From contig JAFXHG010000038.1 of assembly GCA_017536505.1 (NCBI GenBank), positions 129,163-193,162 of the forward strand: a stretch of 64,000 bases of DNA, given 5' to 3'. The translations under genes were made by a program, and so were the position numbers. Position 1 is the stretch's first letter, and the number at the start of each line of letters is the position of its first letter. Shown piece after piece: positions 35,849 to 45,760 of this stretch. This stretch comes from Bacilli bacterium (GTDB taxonomy: Bacteria > Bacillota_I > Bacilli_A > RF39 > UBA660). Under the pieces are notes generated by a model. The model saw only the letters and a list, made by a program, of their open reading frames with translations, was not told the DNA's origin and made no database searches.

Positions 35849-36286
35849 CTACTTTTTTAATTCTATTTTTAGTTTAGCAACCACTTTTTTATGTAATTCT
35901 ATATTTACATTATGAAATCCTAAAGAGCTAATTGTTCCATCTATTTTTATTTGCTTCTTATCTATTTCATATCCCTTGTTTCTTAATTCTTCCACTATTT
36001 GTTTTGGACTAACACTTCCAAACACTCTATCTTGATCTCCAGTTTTAACTTTAAAACCGATAGTTAATTTCTCTATTTTTTTCTTTAACTCTTCGCATCT
36101 TTTCATGTTTTGTAACTCTAATTTTTCTTTTTCTTTATTTTCTCTATCTAATCTATCAACACTATTAGTAGTGGCTAGTACTGCATCTCCTTTGTTTATT
36201 AAAAATGTTCCATATCCATCTTTAACACTCAATATGTCTCCACTTTTACCTTGTTTTTTAACATCTTTTAATAAAATTATCTTCAT
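35849..36286 (-). CDS. rplI: 50S ribosomal protein L9
   Basis: MKIILLKDVKKQGKSGDILSVKDGY, 145 aa. Confidence 0.95.
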   Translation of the reverse strand: MKIILLKDVKKQGKSGDILSVKDGYGTFLINKGDAVLATTNSVDRLDRENKEKEKLELQNMKRCEELKKKIEKLTIGFKVKTGDQDRVFGSVSPKQIVEELRNKGYEIDKKQIKIDGTISSLGFHNVNIELHKKVVAKLKIELKK

Positions 36287-36389
36287 ACATAACCTCCCTT
36301 AAAATCTAATTATATTATACTATAAAAAGAACGATAAGAAAAGAAATTTATAACAATTATATAATAAAAAAATTAATGTAAAAATTACA

Positions 36390-36641
36390 TTAAATCTTTT
36401 TACCAAATTGATTTTTTTCAAATTCTTCTATATCTCTAGCACATGTAATTTGACCTAAAGACTTTTTGGTTTCTGTTATTCTACCATTAAAAATCATAGT
36501 AATTTCAAAAAGATGAAAATCTGTATTATGTTTATCTTTTAAAGCATCTTGTTTTGCCAGCTCAATTGTTTCAAAATTTCTTACTTCTACTTCTTTATTT
36601 TCTTTATAACTATAAGTTCTAAAATATATTATTTCTTCCAT
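36390..36641 (-). CDS. Hypothetical 83-aa protein
   Basis: ORF with its own hairpin and T-run terminator overlapping the stop (about 36362-36392). No motif recognised. Confidence 0.35.
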   Translation of the reverse strand: MEEIIYFRTYSYKENKEVEVRNFETIELAKQDALKDKHNTDFHLFEITMIFNGRITETKKSLGQITCARDIEEFEKNQFGKKI

Positions 36642-36695
36642 AAGTATCCTCCATAATCTAACATTATTATATCATATATTATTATAAATACAAAA

Positions 36696-37613
36696 TTATT
36701 TTTTTTGATCTCTAATTCTATTAGCCATTTCTTTTATTTTTGTAAATCTATGATGAAGTCCTGATTTTGTAATAGGAATTCCTGTTTCTAAACTTATTAT
36801 TTCACTAAGTTCAACAAGAGAGGCTTCTTTATATTTCATTCTATATATTGCAGCTACTTTAACTTTTTCATCAAGTAAATCAATACCTCCAATGCTTTCA
36901 ATTAATTCTATATCTTTTACTTGACTATTAGCTGTTTCAATAATTTTATCTACATTTGCTTGTTCACAATTATTAAGTCTATTAGTCATATTTTTATGAT
37001 CTCTATATATCCTTATATCTTCAAAATACAAAAGAGCACTTATAGCATTTATCATTCTAAGAAAGTCTCCTATCTTTTCTGCTTCTTTTATATATATCAT
37101 AAATCTATTATCTCTTTTTATAACCTTACTATTTAAAAAATATGTATTTAATTTTTCTTTAATAAATTCAGCATATTCCTTTGTATCCACCATAAATTCC
37201 AAGTGATATCTTGATTTTTTAGGATCATTAACACTTCCACAAGCTATAAAAACCCCTCTTAAATATATACGAACTAAATTATCATCATCTAATATATAAT
37301 CATTAGGTATATCTGTATCTAGACTTAAATCTTTTATTATTAAATCTTTTGAATCTTTTATTTCTAATATGTACATATAATTTTTATTATAATTATATCC
37401 TCTTCGAACTGTTATTTTAGGACTTATCTTATATACATCTTTTATTATATTAAAAATATGTCTTGCTACACTTGAATTTTCTGTTGTTACTTTTATATAA
37501 TTATTATCTATTATAGCATTATTCTTTAATATAGCAGAAAGTTCTGTTATTGCTTCTATCTTTTCAAGTTCTAATTTACTAAGTTCATTTTTTACTATAC
37601 TAGTAAAAGACAT
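36696..37613 (-). CDS. whiA: DNA-binding protein WhiA
   Basis: MSFTSIVKNELSK..., degenerate LAGLIDADG region (YLRGVFIACGS), C-terminal HTH. Confidence 0.9.
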   Translation of the reverse strand: MSFTSIVKNELSKLELEKIEAITELSAILKNNAIIDNNYIKVTTENSSVARHIFNIIKDVYKISPKITVRRGYNYNKNYMYILEIKDSKDLIIKDLSLDTDIPNDYILDDDNLVRIYLRGVFIACGSVNDPKKSRYHLEFMVDTKEYAEFIKEKLNTYFLNSKVIKRDNRFMIYIKEAEKIGDFLRMINAISALLYFEDIRIYRDHKNMTNRLNNCEQANVDKIIETANSQVKDIELIESIGGIDLLDEKVKVAAIYRMKYKEASLVELSEIISLETGIPITKSGLHHRFTKIKEMANRIRDQKK

Positions 37614-37633
37614 ATTATCACCTGCCTTTTTAT

Positions 37634-38461
37634 TTATAAATTATTAGCTATATCAACAAATACCTCTATTGGAAGTTGTTCTGCTCTTACAGTTAAATCA
37701 AAATTATATTTTTTTAATACTTCTTCTATTTTTTCTAAGTTATATTTTTTTAAATTATTTTTTATTGTTTTTCTTTTTTGAGTAAACGAATCTTTTACTA
37801 AGTTAAAAAATATTTTTTCATCTTTTAGTTTGAATTTATTTTCTTTTTTAGTAAATTCCACTACTATACTATCTACATTTGGTTTAGGGATAAATACATT
37901 TTTAGATATATCTAGTAGTTTTTTTACTTCAAAGTAATAATTTAAATATATAGAAAGTGAGTTATATTCCTTTGTATTTGGTTTAGCTTTAAATCTATCT
38001 CCAACTTCTTTTTGTACCATAACTACTATTTTATCAACTGGTATATTTTCTTCTATAAATTTTACTATTATTGGAGTTGTAATATAATACGGTAAATTAG
38101 CAACTACATATAGTTTTTTATAATCATATTGTTTTATATCATCTAATACATTAGCCTTTAAAAAATCTTTAAATATTATATTTATATTAGAGCATTCACT
38201 TAAGTTATCTTCTAACAATTCTTTTAAAGTTGTATCTATTTCATAGCAAAGAACGTTTTTAGCATATTGTGAAAGTTTAAAAGTTAAAGATCCTGCTCCA
38301 GGTCCTATTTCTATCACTAAAGTATCTTTATCTATATTTGCACTATTAATAATATTATTAATTATATTTTCATCAATTATAAAGTTTTGGCCAAACATTT
38401 TTTTTAAATTAAAACTATATTTTTCCATTTTTTCTTTAAATTTTATTGGTGAATACTGCAT
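37634..38461 (-). CDS. rsmA: 16S rRNA (adenine1518/1519-N6)-dimethyltransferase
   Basis: KKMFGQNFIIDENI, EIGPGAGSLT and NLPYYITTPI motifs. Confidence 0.92.
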   Translation of the reverse strand: MQYSPIKFKEKMEKYSFNLKKMFGQNFIIDENIINNIINSANIDKDTLVIEIGPGAGSLTFKLSQYAKNVLCYEIDTTLKELLEDNLSECSNINIIFKDFLKANVLDDIKQYDYKKLYVVANLPYYITTPIIVKFIEENIPVDKIVVMVQKEVGDRFKAKPNTKEYNSLSIYLNYYFEVKKLLDISKNVFIPKPNVDSIVVEFTKKENKFKLKDEKIFFNLVKDSFTQKRKTIKNNLKKYNLEKIEEVLKKYNFDLTVRAEQLPIEVFVDIANNL

Positions 38462-38515
38462 AATATCTCTCCATTCCTTCCTATGATATCATATTTTTAT
38501 AAAAATAAAAAGGGA

Positions 38516-39208
38516 TTACCATCCCCATCTTTGTACTTCAAAATCAGTATTAGAACTAGTAGCACCACCTGTTAAAGCTTCAGCTTGAGAAGTAAAAGCT
38601 AGATCCATCCAAATTATTCCTTCTTTTCTCCAAGCATTTCTCATAGCTATACCAGTATCAAGTACTATACCTACAAATTCATCTAATATCCCATTATTTA
38701 CTTTAACAATAGTACCACATGGGAATGCTGTATGATCAGCAGCTAAAATTCTAACACTTCCATATGAAATATCATCATAATATAAACCATCATATGTTAG
38801 ACTATGATTTTTTCCTTCTCTAGTCCTACAAGAAACATTGCCTACACTACTACATCCAGGACAATCAGGACCATATCCAGTAAGCTTCCCAGAATAATTT
38901 CCTGGTTTTCCTGTTCCTACTTGGACAACCTCATTTTTAACATCACTTAGATGCACATAATTTAGGCCATCATATGTATAGTCCAATCCATTAATTCCTT
39001 CAGATATAACTATTGGTTCAGCTGTTGAAGGCATATTTTCTACATATACATAATCAGTTCCATAAGCTTCTACTTCATTTATTATTGTAGCTGTCATTTC
39101 ACCAATAGGATTATAAATAGTAGTTCCAGTATTCATTATAGTAAGTGTTATTATTGATACCATAACTACTATTGATAGAACTAATGAAATTTTAACTTTT
39201 GTTGTCAT
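38516..39208 (-). CDS. 3D-domain (RlpA-like double-psi beta-barrel) cell-wall protein, YabE-like C-terminus
   Basis: N-terminal TM. The C-terminal ...VRILAADHTAFPCGTIVKVNN...GIVLDTG...MDLAF pattern is typical of 3D domains. Synteny with tatD and ksgA. Confidence 0.7.
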   Translation of the reverse strand: MTTKVKISLVLSIVVMVSIITLTIMNTGTTIYNPIGEMTATIINEVEAYGTDYVYVENMPSTAEPIVISEGINGLDYTYDGLNYVHLSDVKNEVVQVGTGKPGNYSGKLTGYGPDCPGCSSVGNVSCRTREGKNHSLTYDGLYYDDISYGSVRILAADHTAFPCGTIVKVNNGILDEFVGIVLDTGIAMRNAWRKEGIIWMDLAFTSQAEALTGGATSSNTDFEVQRWGW

Positions 39209-39247
39209 TTTATCACCTCTACCATAGGTAACATAATTATAACATTT

Positions 39248-39994
39248 TTATGCTTTTAAGTCAAATAATTCTATAGCGTTATTGCTTGTTATATCCAAAA
39301 CTTTATCTATACTTATATCTTTTAATTCAGATATTTTTTGCGCTACAAAATAGACGTTGCTAGGTTTATTTTGTTTTCCTCTAAAAGGTTCTGGTGATAA
39401 ATAAGGACTATCTGTTTCTAGTAATATATCTTTCAAATCCAATTCTTTTACTATTTCTTGTAATTTTTTAGAATTTTTAAAAGTCAATGTTCCTCCAACA
39501 CCAATTTTATAACCTAATTTTATAAATCCCTTTGCCATTTCTAAACTAGAGCTAAAACAATGTATACTACCCCTTAATTTATATTTTTTTAATAGATCAT
39601 AAGTATCTTGTATTGATTCTCTAGAATGTACAACGATTGGTTTATTATATTTTGTTGCTAATTCTAATTGATATTCAAAAATTTCCTTTTGTTTTTCCAT
39701 ATTATCTTTTATCCAATAGTAATCTAAACCTATTTCCCCTATAGCAACTATTTTAGGATTATTAATATTATCTTCTATTATTTTAAAACTATTTTGAGTT
39801 ATTTTATCTATTTCTTGCGGATGAATTCCTAAGGTACCATAAACATTATCATACTTTTTCACTAATTCAAGAACTTCTAAATTAGTCTTGTCATCACATC
39901 CACTAGCAATCATAATACCGTCCATACTTCTTATTATTTCATCTAAATTATCATAATCATCATAACCCAAATGACAATGTGTATCTATTAACAT
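39248..39994 (-). CDS. tatD: TatD-family metal-dependent DNase/hydrolase
   Basis: Start moved to MLIDTHCHL (ATG 39992-39994). GEIGLDYYW and HSR motifs. Confidence 0.9.
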   Translation of the reverse strand: MLIDTHCHLGYDDYDNLDEIIRSMDGIMIASGCDDKTNLEVLELVKKYDNVYGTLGIHPQEIDKITQNSFKIIEDNINNPKIVAIGEIGLDYYWIKDNMEKQKEIFEYQLELATKYNKPIVVHSRESIQDTYDLLKKYKLRGSIHCFSSSLEMAKGFIKLGYKIGVGGTLTFKNSKKLQEIVKELDLKDILLETDSPYLSPEPFRGKQNKPSNVYFVAQKISELKDISIDKVLDITSNNAIELFDLKA

Positions 39995-40035
39995 AAAATC
40001 ACCAAAAAAATTATACCACACTTGATATAATTTTT

Positions 40036-40206
40036 CTATTCCTTCTTACTTGATAATTTAGCTATAACTAAAAATATATATAATATTATTAGATAAGCTA
40101 AATCTAAATAATTCTTACTTACAATAAAACTGCCTAAAAGTAAATAAGTTACAAACATAACAGCTGATATCCATAGATATCTTTCAACATTTTTATTGTT
40201 TGACAT
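40036..40206 (-). CDS. Unlisted 56-aa two-TM membrane peptide
   Basis: My translation is MSNNKNVERYLWISAVMFVTYLLLGSFIVSKNYLDLAYLIILYIFLVIAKLSSKKE. GGAGATATT precedes the ATG. It fills an otherwise empty 325-bp gap between metG and tatD. Confidence 0.35.
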   Translation of the reverse strand: MSNNKNVERYLWISAVMFVTYLLLGSFIVSKNYLDLAYLIILYIFLVIAKLSSKKE

Positions 40207-40346
40207 AATATCTCCTTTTTCTACTTTTACAGAAATACAGCAAAACTAATATACCATATTTAATTTTAATTATAAATAGTTTTGTTAATTAATTGGTCGA
40301 CAAATTACTACATTTTACATATTTATTTACAAAAAAAAAGAAAGAA

Positions 40347-41882
40347 TTACTTTTCTTTCTCTATTCTTATAAATAATGGTTTTGGATCATTTAAAATATC
40401 TCCTATTTTTAGTTTACCAAATTCGTTTATTGATTCATAACTAGTTTCAATAGTATTTAGTTGTTTAAATATTTCTTCTGATGTTTGTGGTAAAAAACTA
40501 TGAAGAAGTACTGCTCCTATTCTTATAGATTCTAATAAGTTATATAAAACTTTCTTTAGTCTATCTTTATTTTCTTCTTTAGCAAGTATCCAAGGTGTTG
40601 TTTCATCTATATATTTATTACATCTTTTAAATATATTAAATACTTCATCTATAGCATCTGCTACCCTTAGATCATCCATACATTTTTCTATCTTTGATTT
40701 AGCGCTCATTACTGTATTTGTTAAATCTTCATCTACTGTATCAGTAACATCGCTATTAACTACTACATTATCAAAATATTTTTTATTCATTGATATTGTC
40801 CTATTAACAAGATTTCCTAATATATTAGCTAAATCTGAATTATATCTTTCTTCTAGAAGTTCATAAGTTAAATTACCATCATTAGCAAATGGTATTTCGT
40901 GTAATACATAATATCTTACTGCATCAACTCCATATTGTTCTGCTAAATCATCTGCATATATAGCATTTCCTCTACTTTTACCTATTTTATCATTGTTAGT
41001 TAAAAGCCATGGGTGCCCAAAAATTTGTTTAGGTAATTCTATATCTAAACTCCATAGGAATGCTGGCCAATATATACTATGGAATCTAACAATGTCTTTA
41101 CCTATTAAGTGTAAATCTGCTGGCCACCATTTTTTAAATTCTTCACTTGGATTATCTACATCATAACCTATATTAGTTATATAGTTAGTTAAAGCATCTA
41201 ACCATACATAAACAACATGTTTTGGGTCAAAATCTACAGGTATTCCCCAATCAAAACTAGTTCTTGATACACATAAATCTTGTAATCCTGGTTTAATAAA
41301 ATTATTTAACATTTCATTTCTTCTAGATTCTGGTTGCAAGAATTTTGGATTTTCTTCTAAAAATTTTTCTAATCTATCTTGATATTTAGAAAGTCTAAAG
41401 AAGTAAGCTTGTTCACTTTTTTCACTAACTTCCCTACCGCAATCTGGGCATTTGCCATCTACTAATTGAGATTCAGTCCAAAAAGATTCACATGGAGTAC
41501 AATATAATCCTTTATATTCATCTAAATAGATATCTCCCTTATCATACATTTTTTTAAATATCTTTTGAACTTGTTTTTCATGTATCTCATCTGTAGTTCT
41601 TACAAATCTATCATAGCTAGTATTCATTGTATCCCAAATTCTTTTAATATCAGTTGCTACTTCGTCTACAAATTCTTTTGGTGTTTTACCTTGATCTTTA
41701 GCTTTTAATTCTATTTTTTCTCCATGTTCATCTGTTCCTGTTTGAAAATAAACATCATAGCCTTGTAATCTTTTAAAACGAGCAATTGCATCAGCAAGTA
41801 TTATCTCATAAGTATTTCCAATATGAGGTTTACCTGATGTATAAGCAATAGCTGTTGAAATATAATATTTTTCTTTATTCAT
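40347..41882 (-). CDS. metG: Methionine--tRNA ligase (short form, no C-terminal tRNA-binding domain)
   Basis: KPHIGNTYE (HIGH), KIGKSRGN (KMSKS), CPDCG zinc knuckle, 511 aa. Confidence 0.95.
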   Translation of the reverse strand: MNKEKYYISTAIAYTSGKPHIGNTYEIILADAIARFKRLQGYDVYFQTGTDEHGEKIELKAKDQGKTPKEFVDEVATDIKRIWDTMNTSYDRFVRTTDEIHEKQVQKIFKKMYDKGDIYLDEYKGLYCTPCESFWTESQLVDGKCPDCGREVSEKSEQAYFFRLSKYQDRLEKFLEENPKFLQPESRRNEMLNNFIKPGLQDLCVSRTSFDWGIPVDFDPKHVVYVWLDALTNYITNIGYDVDNPSEEFKKWWPADLHLIGKDIVRFHSIYWPAFLWSLDIELPKQIFGHPWLLTNNDKIGKSRGNAIYADDLAEQYGVDAVRYYVLHEIPFANDGNLTYELLEERYNSDLANILGNLVNRTISMNKKYFDNVVVNSDVTDTVDEDLTNTVMSAKSKIEKCMDDLRVADAIDEVFNIFKRCNKYIDETTPWILAKEENKDRLKKVLYNLLESIRIGAVLLHSFLPQTSEEIFKQLNTIETSYESINEFGKLKIGDILNDPKPLFIRIEKEK

Positions 41883-41895
41883 AATATCCCTCTTT

Positions 41896-42369
41896 CTATT
41901 TATTTGTGGATCCTATTCCACCATTTCTCTCAACATTAGATTCTATGTCATCGTCTGTTTTTAAATATTTAATGAAGATTCCTTGAATCATAGCATCTCC
42001 CTTTTTTACTATATAGTCTTTATCCCCTTCATTTTGTATTTTAATCCACATATGACCTTCATTATCGCTATTATAATAATCTGCATCTATAACTCCAACT
42101 TGATTGCACATTCGTATATTATATTTAAATCCCATACTACTTCTATCTATTAAAAATAATACATCATCACTTTCCATAACTACTTTTACACCTGTTGGAA
42201 TTTTCATTATTTCTCCTGGCTTTAAAGTATAATCATATAAAGCTTCAAAATCATATCCTGCAGAATTTTTAGTACTTCTTTTTGGTAAACTATATGATGC
42301 ATATAACTCTTTATCATCTTTAATATCTTTTTTAAATTGTTCAAAACTTATTTTTTCAAATTTTCTCAT
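41896..42369 (-). CDS. dut: dUTP diphosphatase (trimeric dUTPase/dCTP-deaminase superfamily)
   Basis: 157 aa. RSSMGFKY..., GVIDADYYNSDNEGH and GDAMIQGIF motifs. Confidence 0.75.
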   Translation of the reverse strand: MRKFEKISFEQFKKDIKDDKELYASYSLPKRSTKNSAGYDFEALYDYTLKPGEIMKIPTGVKVVMESDDVLFLIDRSSMGFKYNIRMCNQVGVIDADYYNSDNEGHMWIKIQNEGDKDYIVKKGDAMIQGIFIKYLKTDDDIESNVERNGGIGSTNK

Positions 42370-42383
42370 ATTATCACCTCTAT

Positions 42384-42588
42384 AAAAAACTCACATCCTA
42401 GTATAAGGACGTGAGTTACGTGGTACCACCTTAATTCGTGTTTAAAACACCTTAAAACTATAACGTTGTTACCGTATAAATAAGCTCCAGACCCATTCGA
42501 GACACCTTGTATTGCTTGCTTTCACCTAACCAAGCTCTCTAAAAAACACTCTAGCATCCTTCTTTCCTTCGTTGCTTTTGATTTCTTG
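42384..42588 (-). promoter_or_regulatory. T-box leader (candidate specifier AUG = Met) with terminator/antiterminator, upstream of dut-metG
   Basis: The minus-sense sequence contains AGAGAGCTTGGTTAGGTGAAAG (stem I elements), CTCGAATGGGTC (candidate specifier loop) and AATTAAGGTGGTACCACGTAAC (T-box). The terminator is CTCACGTCCTTATACTAGGATGTGAG + TTTTTT (42384-42415). Promoter: TTGAAC (42618-42623), N17, TATAAT (42595-42600), with a TG two nt upstream of the -10. Confidence 0.85.
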
Positions 42589-42612
42589 AGTTAGATTATA
42601 ACACATTTTCTG

Positions 42613-43143
42613 TTATTGTTCAAGATATTTTGTCATAAAAGATGAAACTATGCTTGCTATTTGCATTTCACTTTCACTTAGTTTTTCTTCTTCACTTATA
42701 ATTAATATCATGCCAGTAGCTTCACCATTTACTAATATTGTTGATAAAACATAACTACAAGTTATTTCTTCATCTTCAATAAATTTAAATTCTTTAAAAT
42801 GATTTTCTAGTATTTTATCTCTTCTTTTTATAGACTGAGTAATAAAATCACTTATATTTTTATTTAAATATCTTTTTCTTAAAGGACCACTAGCTGCAAC
42901 AACTTGATCTGTATCAGTTATAAATATACTATGCTTCATAAATGTATATATTGCATCAGTAAGTTCTTGTGCTAAATCATTAATTTTATTCATCATTGAA
43001 TATTTTTTTAATATTATATCTTCATTTACTACAAATATTTCTAGGTTATCTCCTTCTTTGATTCTTAAGTTTTTTCTAATTTCTTTTGGTATTACTACTC
43101 TACCAAGATCATCTATTCGTCTTATTATTCCTGTCGCTTTCAT
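42613..43143 (-). CDS. spoVT: Stage V sporulation protein T (AbrB-type N-domain + GAF-like C-domain)
   Basis: MKATGIIRRIDDLGRVVIPKEIRKNLRIKEGDNLEIFV, 176 aa. Confidence 0.85.
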   Translation of the reverse strand: MKATGIIRRIDDLGRVVIPKEIRKNLRIKEGDNLEIFVVNEDIILKKYSMMNKINDLAQELTDAIYTFMKHSIFITDTDQVVAASGPLRKRYLNKNISDFITQSIKRRDKILENHFKEFKFIEDEEITCSYVLSTILVNGEATGMILIISEEEKLSESEMQIASIVSSFMTKYLEQ

Positions 43144-43219
43144 AAATTCCTCCTAGATTTATTGTGTATTAAATATTTTTATTTATTCTAAAAAATGGTA
43201 TAATATCTTTGGTGATTTT

Positions 43220-44626
43220 ATGAATATTAATATTTATACTGAATTTGAAAACAATGAAGTAACTTTTAGATTAAGTTTACCTTTTGAGTTTTTAGATATA
43301 AACGAAGATGAATATACTAATTTAGAAAATTCAATTATATATAAATCAGAAACTTTAACTGTAGATTGTGATAAATTTTATCAAAGTGTTTTTAATGTAT
43401 TTAATCAAATTAATAAAGTTTTTTATAACGAAAAAGAAAAGTTTGAAAAAGAAAATATTAACATACTTGCAGATGATTTTGGCAATAATAAAATTGTTTT
43501 TGATTTTATAAAGAAGAATAAAGATTTAAAAGTAATATTTAGTGTAGAAGATTTTAAAGAAATAGTTGATAATTTAAAAAATGAATCGTATCCAAATCTA
43601 AAAATATATTTTAAAAATAGCGATGAATGTATTTCATACAAAGAATTTTATGATATGCATTCAAAATTAAATGAAATAGTTAATTTTGTTAATCATTATA
43701 ATTTAAGCCAACTTGAAAAAATTATTTTAATTTATGACATTGTAAAATCTAATGAATATAAAAAAGAAAATAGTAATGAAGATTATGGTATATCTAGAAA
43801 TCTTAACCAAATATTAAACAGCAATAAAATTGTTTGTGTAGGATACTCTAATTTAATAGATTATCTTTTAACTAATTTAGGTATTAAATCTAATACAATG
43901 ACAATGCGCTATAAAAATAAAAATGTTGGTCATGAGAGAAATTATATTTACTTAAAAGACGATAAATATAACATAAATGGTGTTTTTTTCTTAGATGCTA
44001 CATGGGATAGTAAAAGAAATAATGAATATTTAGATAATTATAGATATTTTTTAAAACCTTTTAATTTTTTTAAGGCTGTAACACCAACTGAAGAAATTAT
44101 TTCTCCTACTAAATTTCAACTTTTAGAAAAAAACAAAGAAGAAATGTCTTCTTATGTTGACAATTTAAGTGAATTTGACTTTATTAAACTTTCAGTAGTT
44201 TTATCACAATTAATTAAAGAATATGATAAAAGTGTTGGACCTATTTTTAGTGTTCAAAACAAAACAAAAGAAGAGATTATTAATATTATTAATGAAATAA
44301 TAAAAAACTATAATAAAACAATCCCTGAAGAAGCATTTAAAAATGCTATTTATAGAGTTAGAAAAATAGAATATATAAATGGTATTTTAAATAAAGCATT
44401 AACTGAAGCCGATATTGATAAGATTTGCCAAGAATATTATAAAAATTCTAGTCAAATAAAATTTTTAAAATTATTTAATTTATATGAAGAACCTACTTTA
44501 GATAAAGAATTAGAAGAATCTAAAGCTAGTTCAACAGAAGAAGATTTACTTAGAATGAGATTTTTAAGAGCATTAAAAACAAAATTAAATGATTTTCCAG
44601 AAAATGATTTTATTAAAAAAATGTAA
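43220..44626 (+). CDS. Hypothetical protein with a possible transglutaminase-like Cys-His-Asp core
   Basis: VCVGYSNLIDYL (Cys), GHERNYIYL (His) and FFLDATWD (Asp), in the order expected for the papain-like transglutaminase fold. Based on motifs only. Confidence 0.4.
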   Translation: MNINIYTEFENNEVTFRLSLPFEFLDINEDEYTNLENSIIYKSETLTVDCDKFYQSVFNVFNQINKVFYNEKEKFEKENINILADDFGNNKIVFDFIKKNKDLKVIFSVEDFKEIVDNLKNESYPNLKIYFKNSDECISYKEFYDMHSKLNEIVNFVNHYNLSQLEKIILIYDIVKSNEYKKENSNEDYGISRNLNQILNSNKIVCVGYSNLIDYLLTNLGIKSNTMTMRYKNKNVGHERNYIYLKDDKYNINGVFFLDATWDSKRNNEYLDNYRYFLKPFNFFKAVTPTEEIISPTKFQLLEKNKEEMSSYVDNLSEFDFIKLSVVLSQLIKEYDKSVGPIFSVQNKTKEEIINIINEIIKNYNKTIPEEAFKNAIYRVRKIEYINGILNKALTEADIDKICQEYYKNSSQIKFLKLFNLYEEPTLDKELEESKASSTEEDLLRMRFLRALKTKLNDFPENDFIKKM

Positions 44627-44633
44627 AAAAGGC

Positions 44634-45692
44634 TTATTCAGCCTTTTTTTGATATTTTAATTCTCCCATTTGTGATGTTGGAACATATCCTGATGGAGCA
44701 TTTAATACATCAGGTATTCTATTAACTATAGATGCACAAGTAAGTTCTACAGTATTTGGTCTTGTTACAACAAATGTTGTTTCTGGTTCTCCATAAACTG
44801 TCCATTCGTTTTTATCGCAATCTGTTTCAGCATAAACTTTACCAATACATTCACTTTCTATTACAATTCCTTCTTTAGTTTCAGTAGTAACAACAGCACT
44901 CATTCCAGTTGCATCTCCTGCTTTAACTGTCATATTAAGTGTTGATGAATATATATCTTCATCATGAGTCATTGGAACACATTTTTGAGTTTGATGAATA
45001 GGTGTTAATCCTAATTTATCACATAACCATCCATTAGTATTCCACATATAACTAGGAGCAAATTCTCCTTTTTTTATTATTTCATTTCTTTCTTCTTCAC
45101 TCATTCTATCTGCACTAGCAACTTCTTTATCAAATTCATCAAGTGTAAGTCCTGCACCATGTGCTTTAGCAAGTGCTATACCATAGTCTTCAACATTATA
45201 TGAAGAAGATCCTTTAATTTTTGTAATATTATGAGTAGCTCCTGCTAATGTAGTAATTAAATTACCCCAAAATGCATCTTGATATCCACTACCTGTAATA
45301 GTACAGTTTGTTTCTTTAGCTACTCTATCTAATTCTTCAGTTATTCTTGGAGCTGAATTAGCTGGATAAAAAGCTTCTTCACAAGTTGTAATAGCATTTA
45401 CCCCATTTTTAGCACAAGTCATTAATACTTCTTCTAAATCATTCATTAAACTCATTGTTGTAACAATAGCAATATTTGGTTTAACTTCTTTTAGTAAAGA
45501 ATCTAATTCACTAACATCTCTAACTATTACTCCTACTTCTTCACATCCAATAACACTACTTACATCCTTACCTACTACTTCTGGATTAATATCTACTGCT
45601 CCTACTATTTCATATCCATTTTCTATAGCATATCTCATAGTATAAATAGACATCTTACCACATCCAATTTGGACAAATTTTACTTTTTCCAT
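44634..45692 (-). CDS. DapB-like NAD(P)-binding oxidoreductase (amine dehydrogenase / 2,4-diaminopentanoate dehydrogenase-like)
   Basis: MEKVKFVQIGCGKMS Rossmann start, about 350 aa. The overall pattern resembles the Ord/AmDH family from memory. Locally higher G+C. Confidence 0.45.
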   Translation of the reverse strand: MEKVKFVQIGCGKMSIYTMRYAIENGYEIVGAVDINPEVVGKDVSSVIGCEEVGVIVRDVSELDSLLKEVKPNIAIVTTMSLMNDLEEVLMTCAKNGVNAITTCEEAFYPANSAPRITEELDRVAKETNCTITGSGYQDAFWGNLITTLAGATHNITKIKGSSSYNVEDYGIALAKAHGAGLTLDEFDKEVASADRMSEEERNEIIKKGEFAPSYMWNTNGWLCDKLGLTPIHQTQKCVPMTHDEDIYSSTLNMTVKAGDATGMSAVVTTETKEGIVIESECIGKVYAETDCDKNEWTVYGEPETTFVVTRPNTVELTCASIVNRIPDVLNAPSGYVPTSQMGELKYQKKAE

Positions 45693-45760
45693 ACATTCTC
45701 CTTTCTATAGTACATACACTTTGTACTATCTAACATAATTTTATTACAAAATATATAAAA

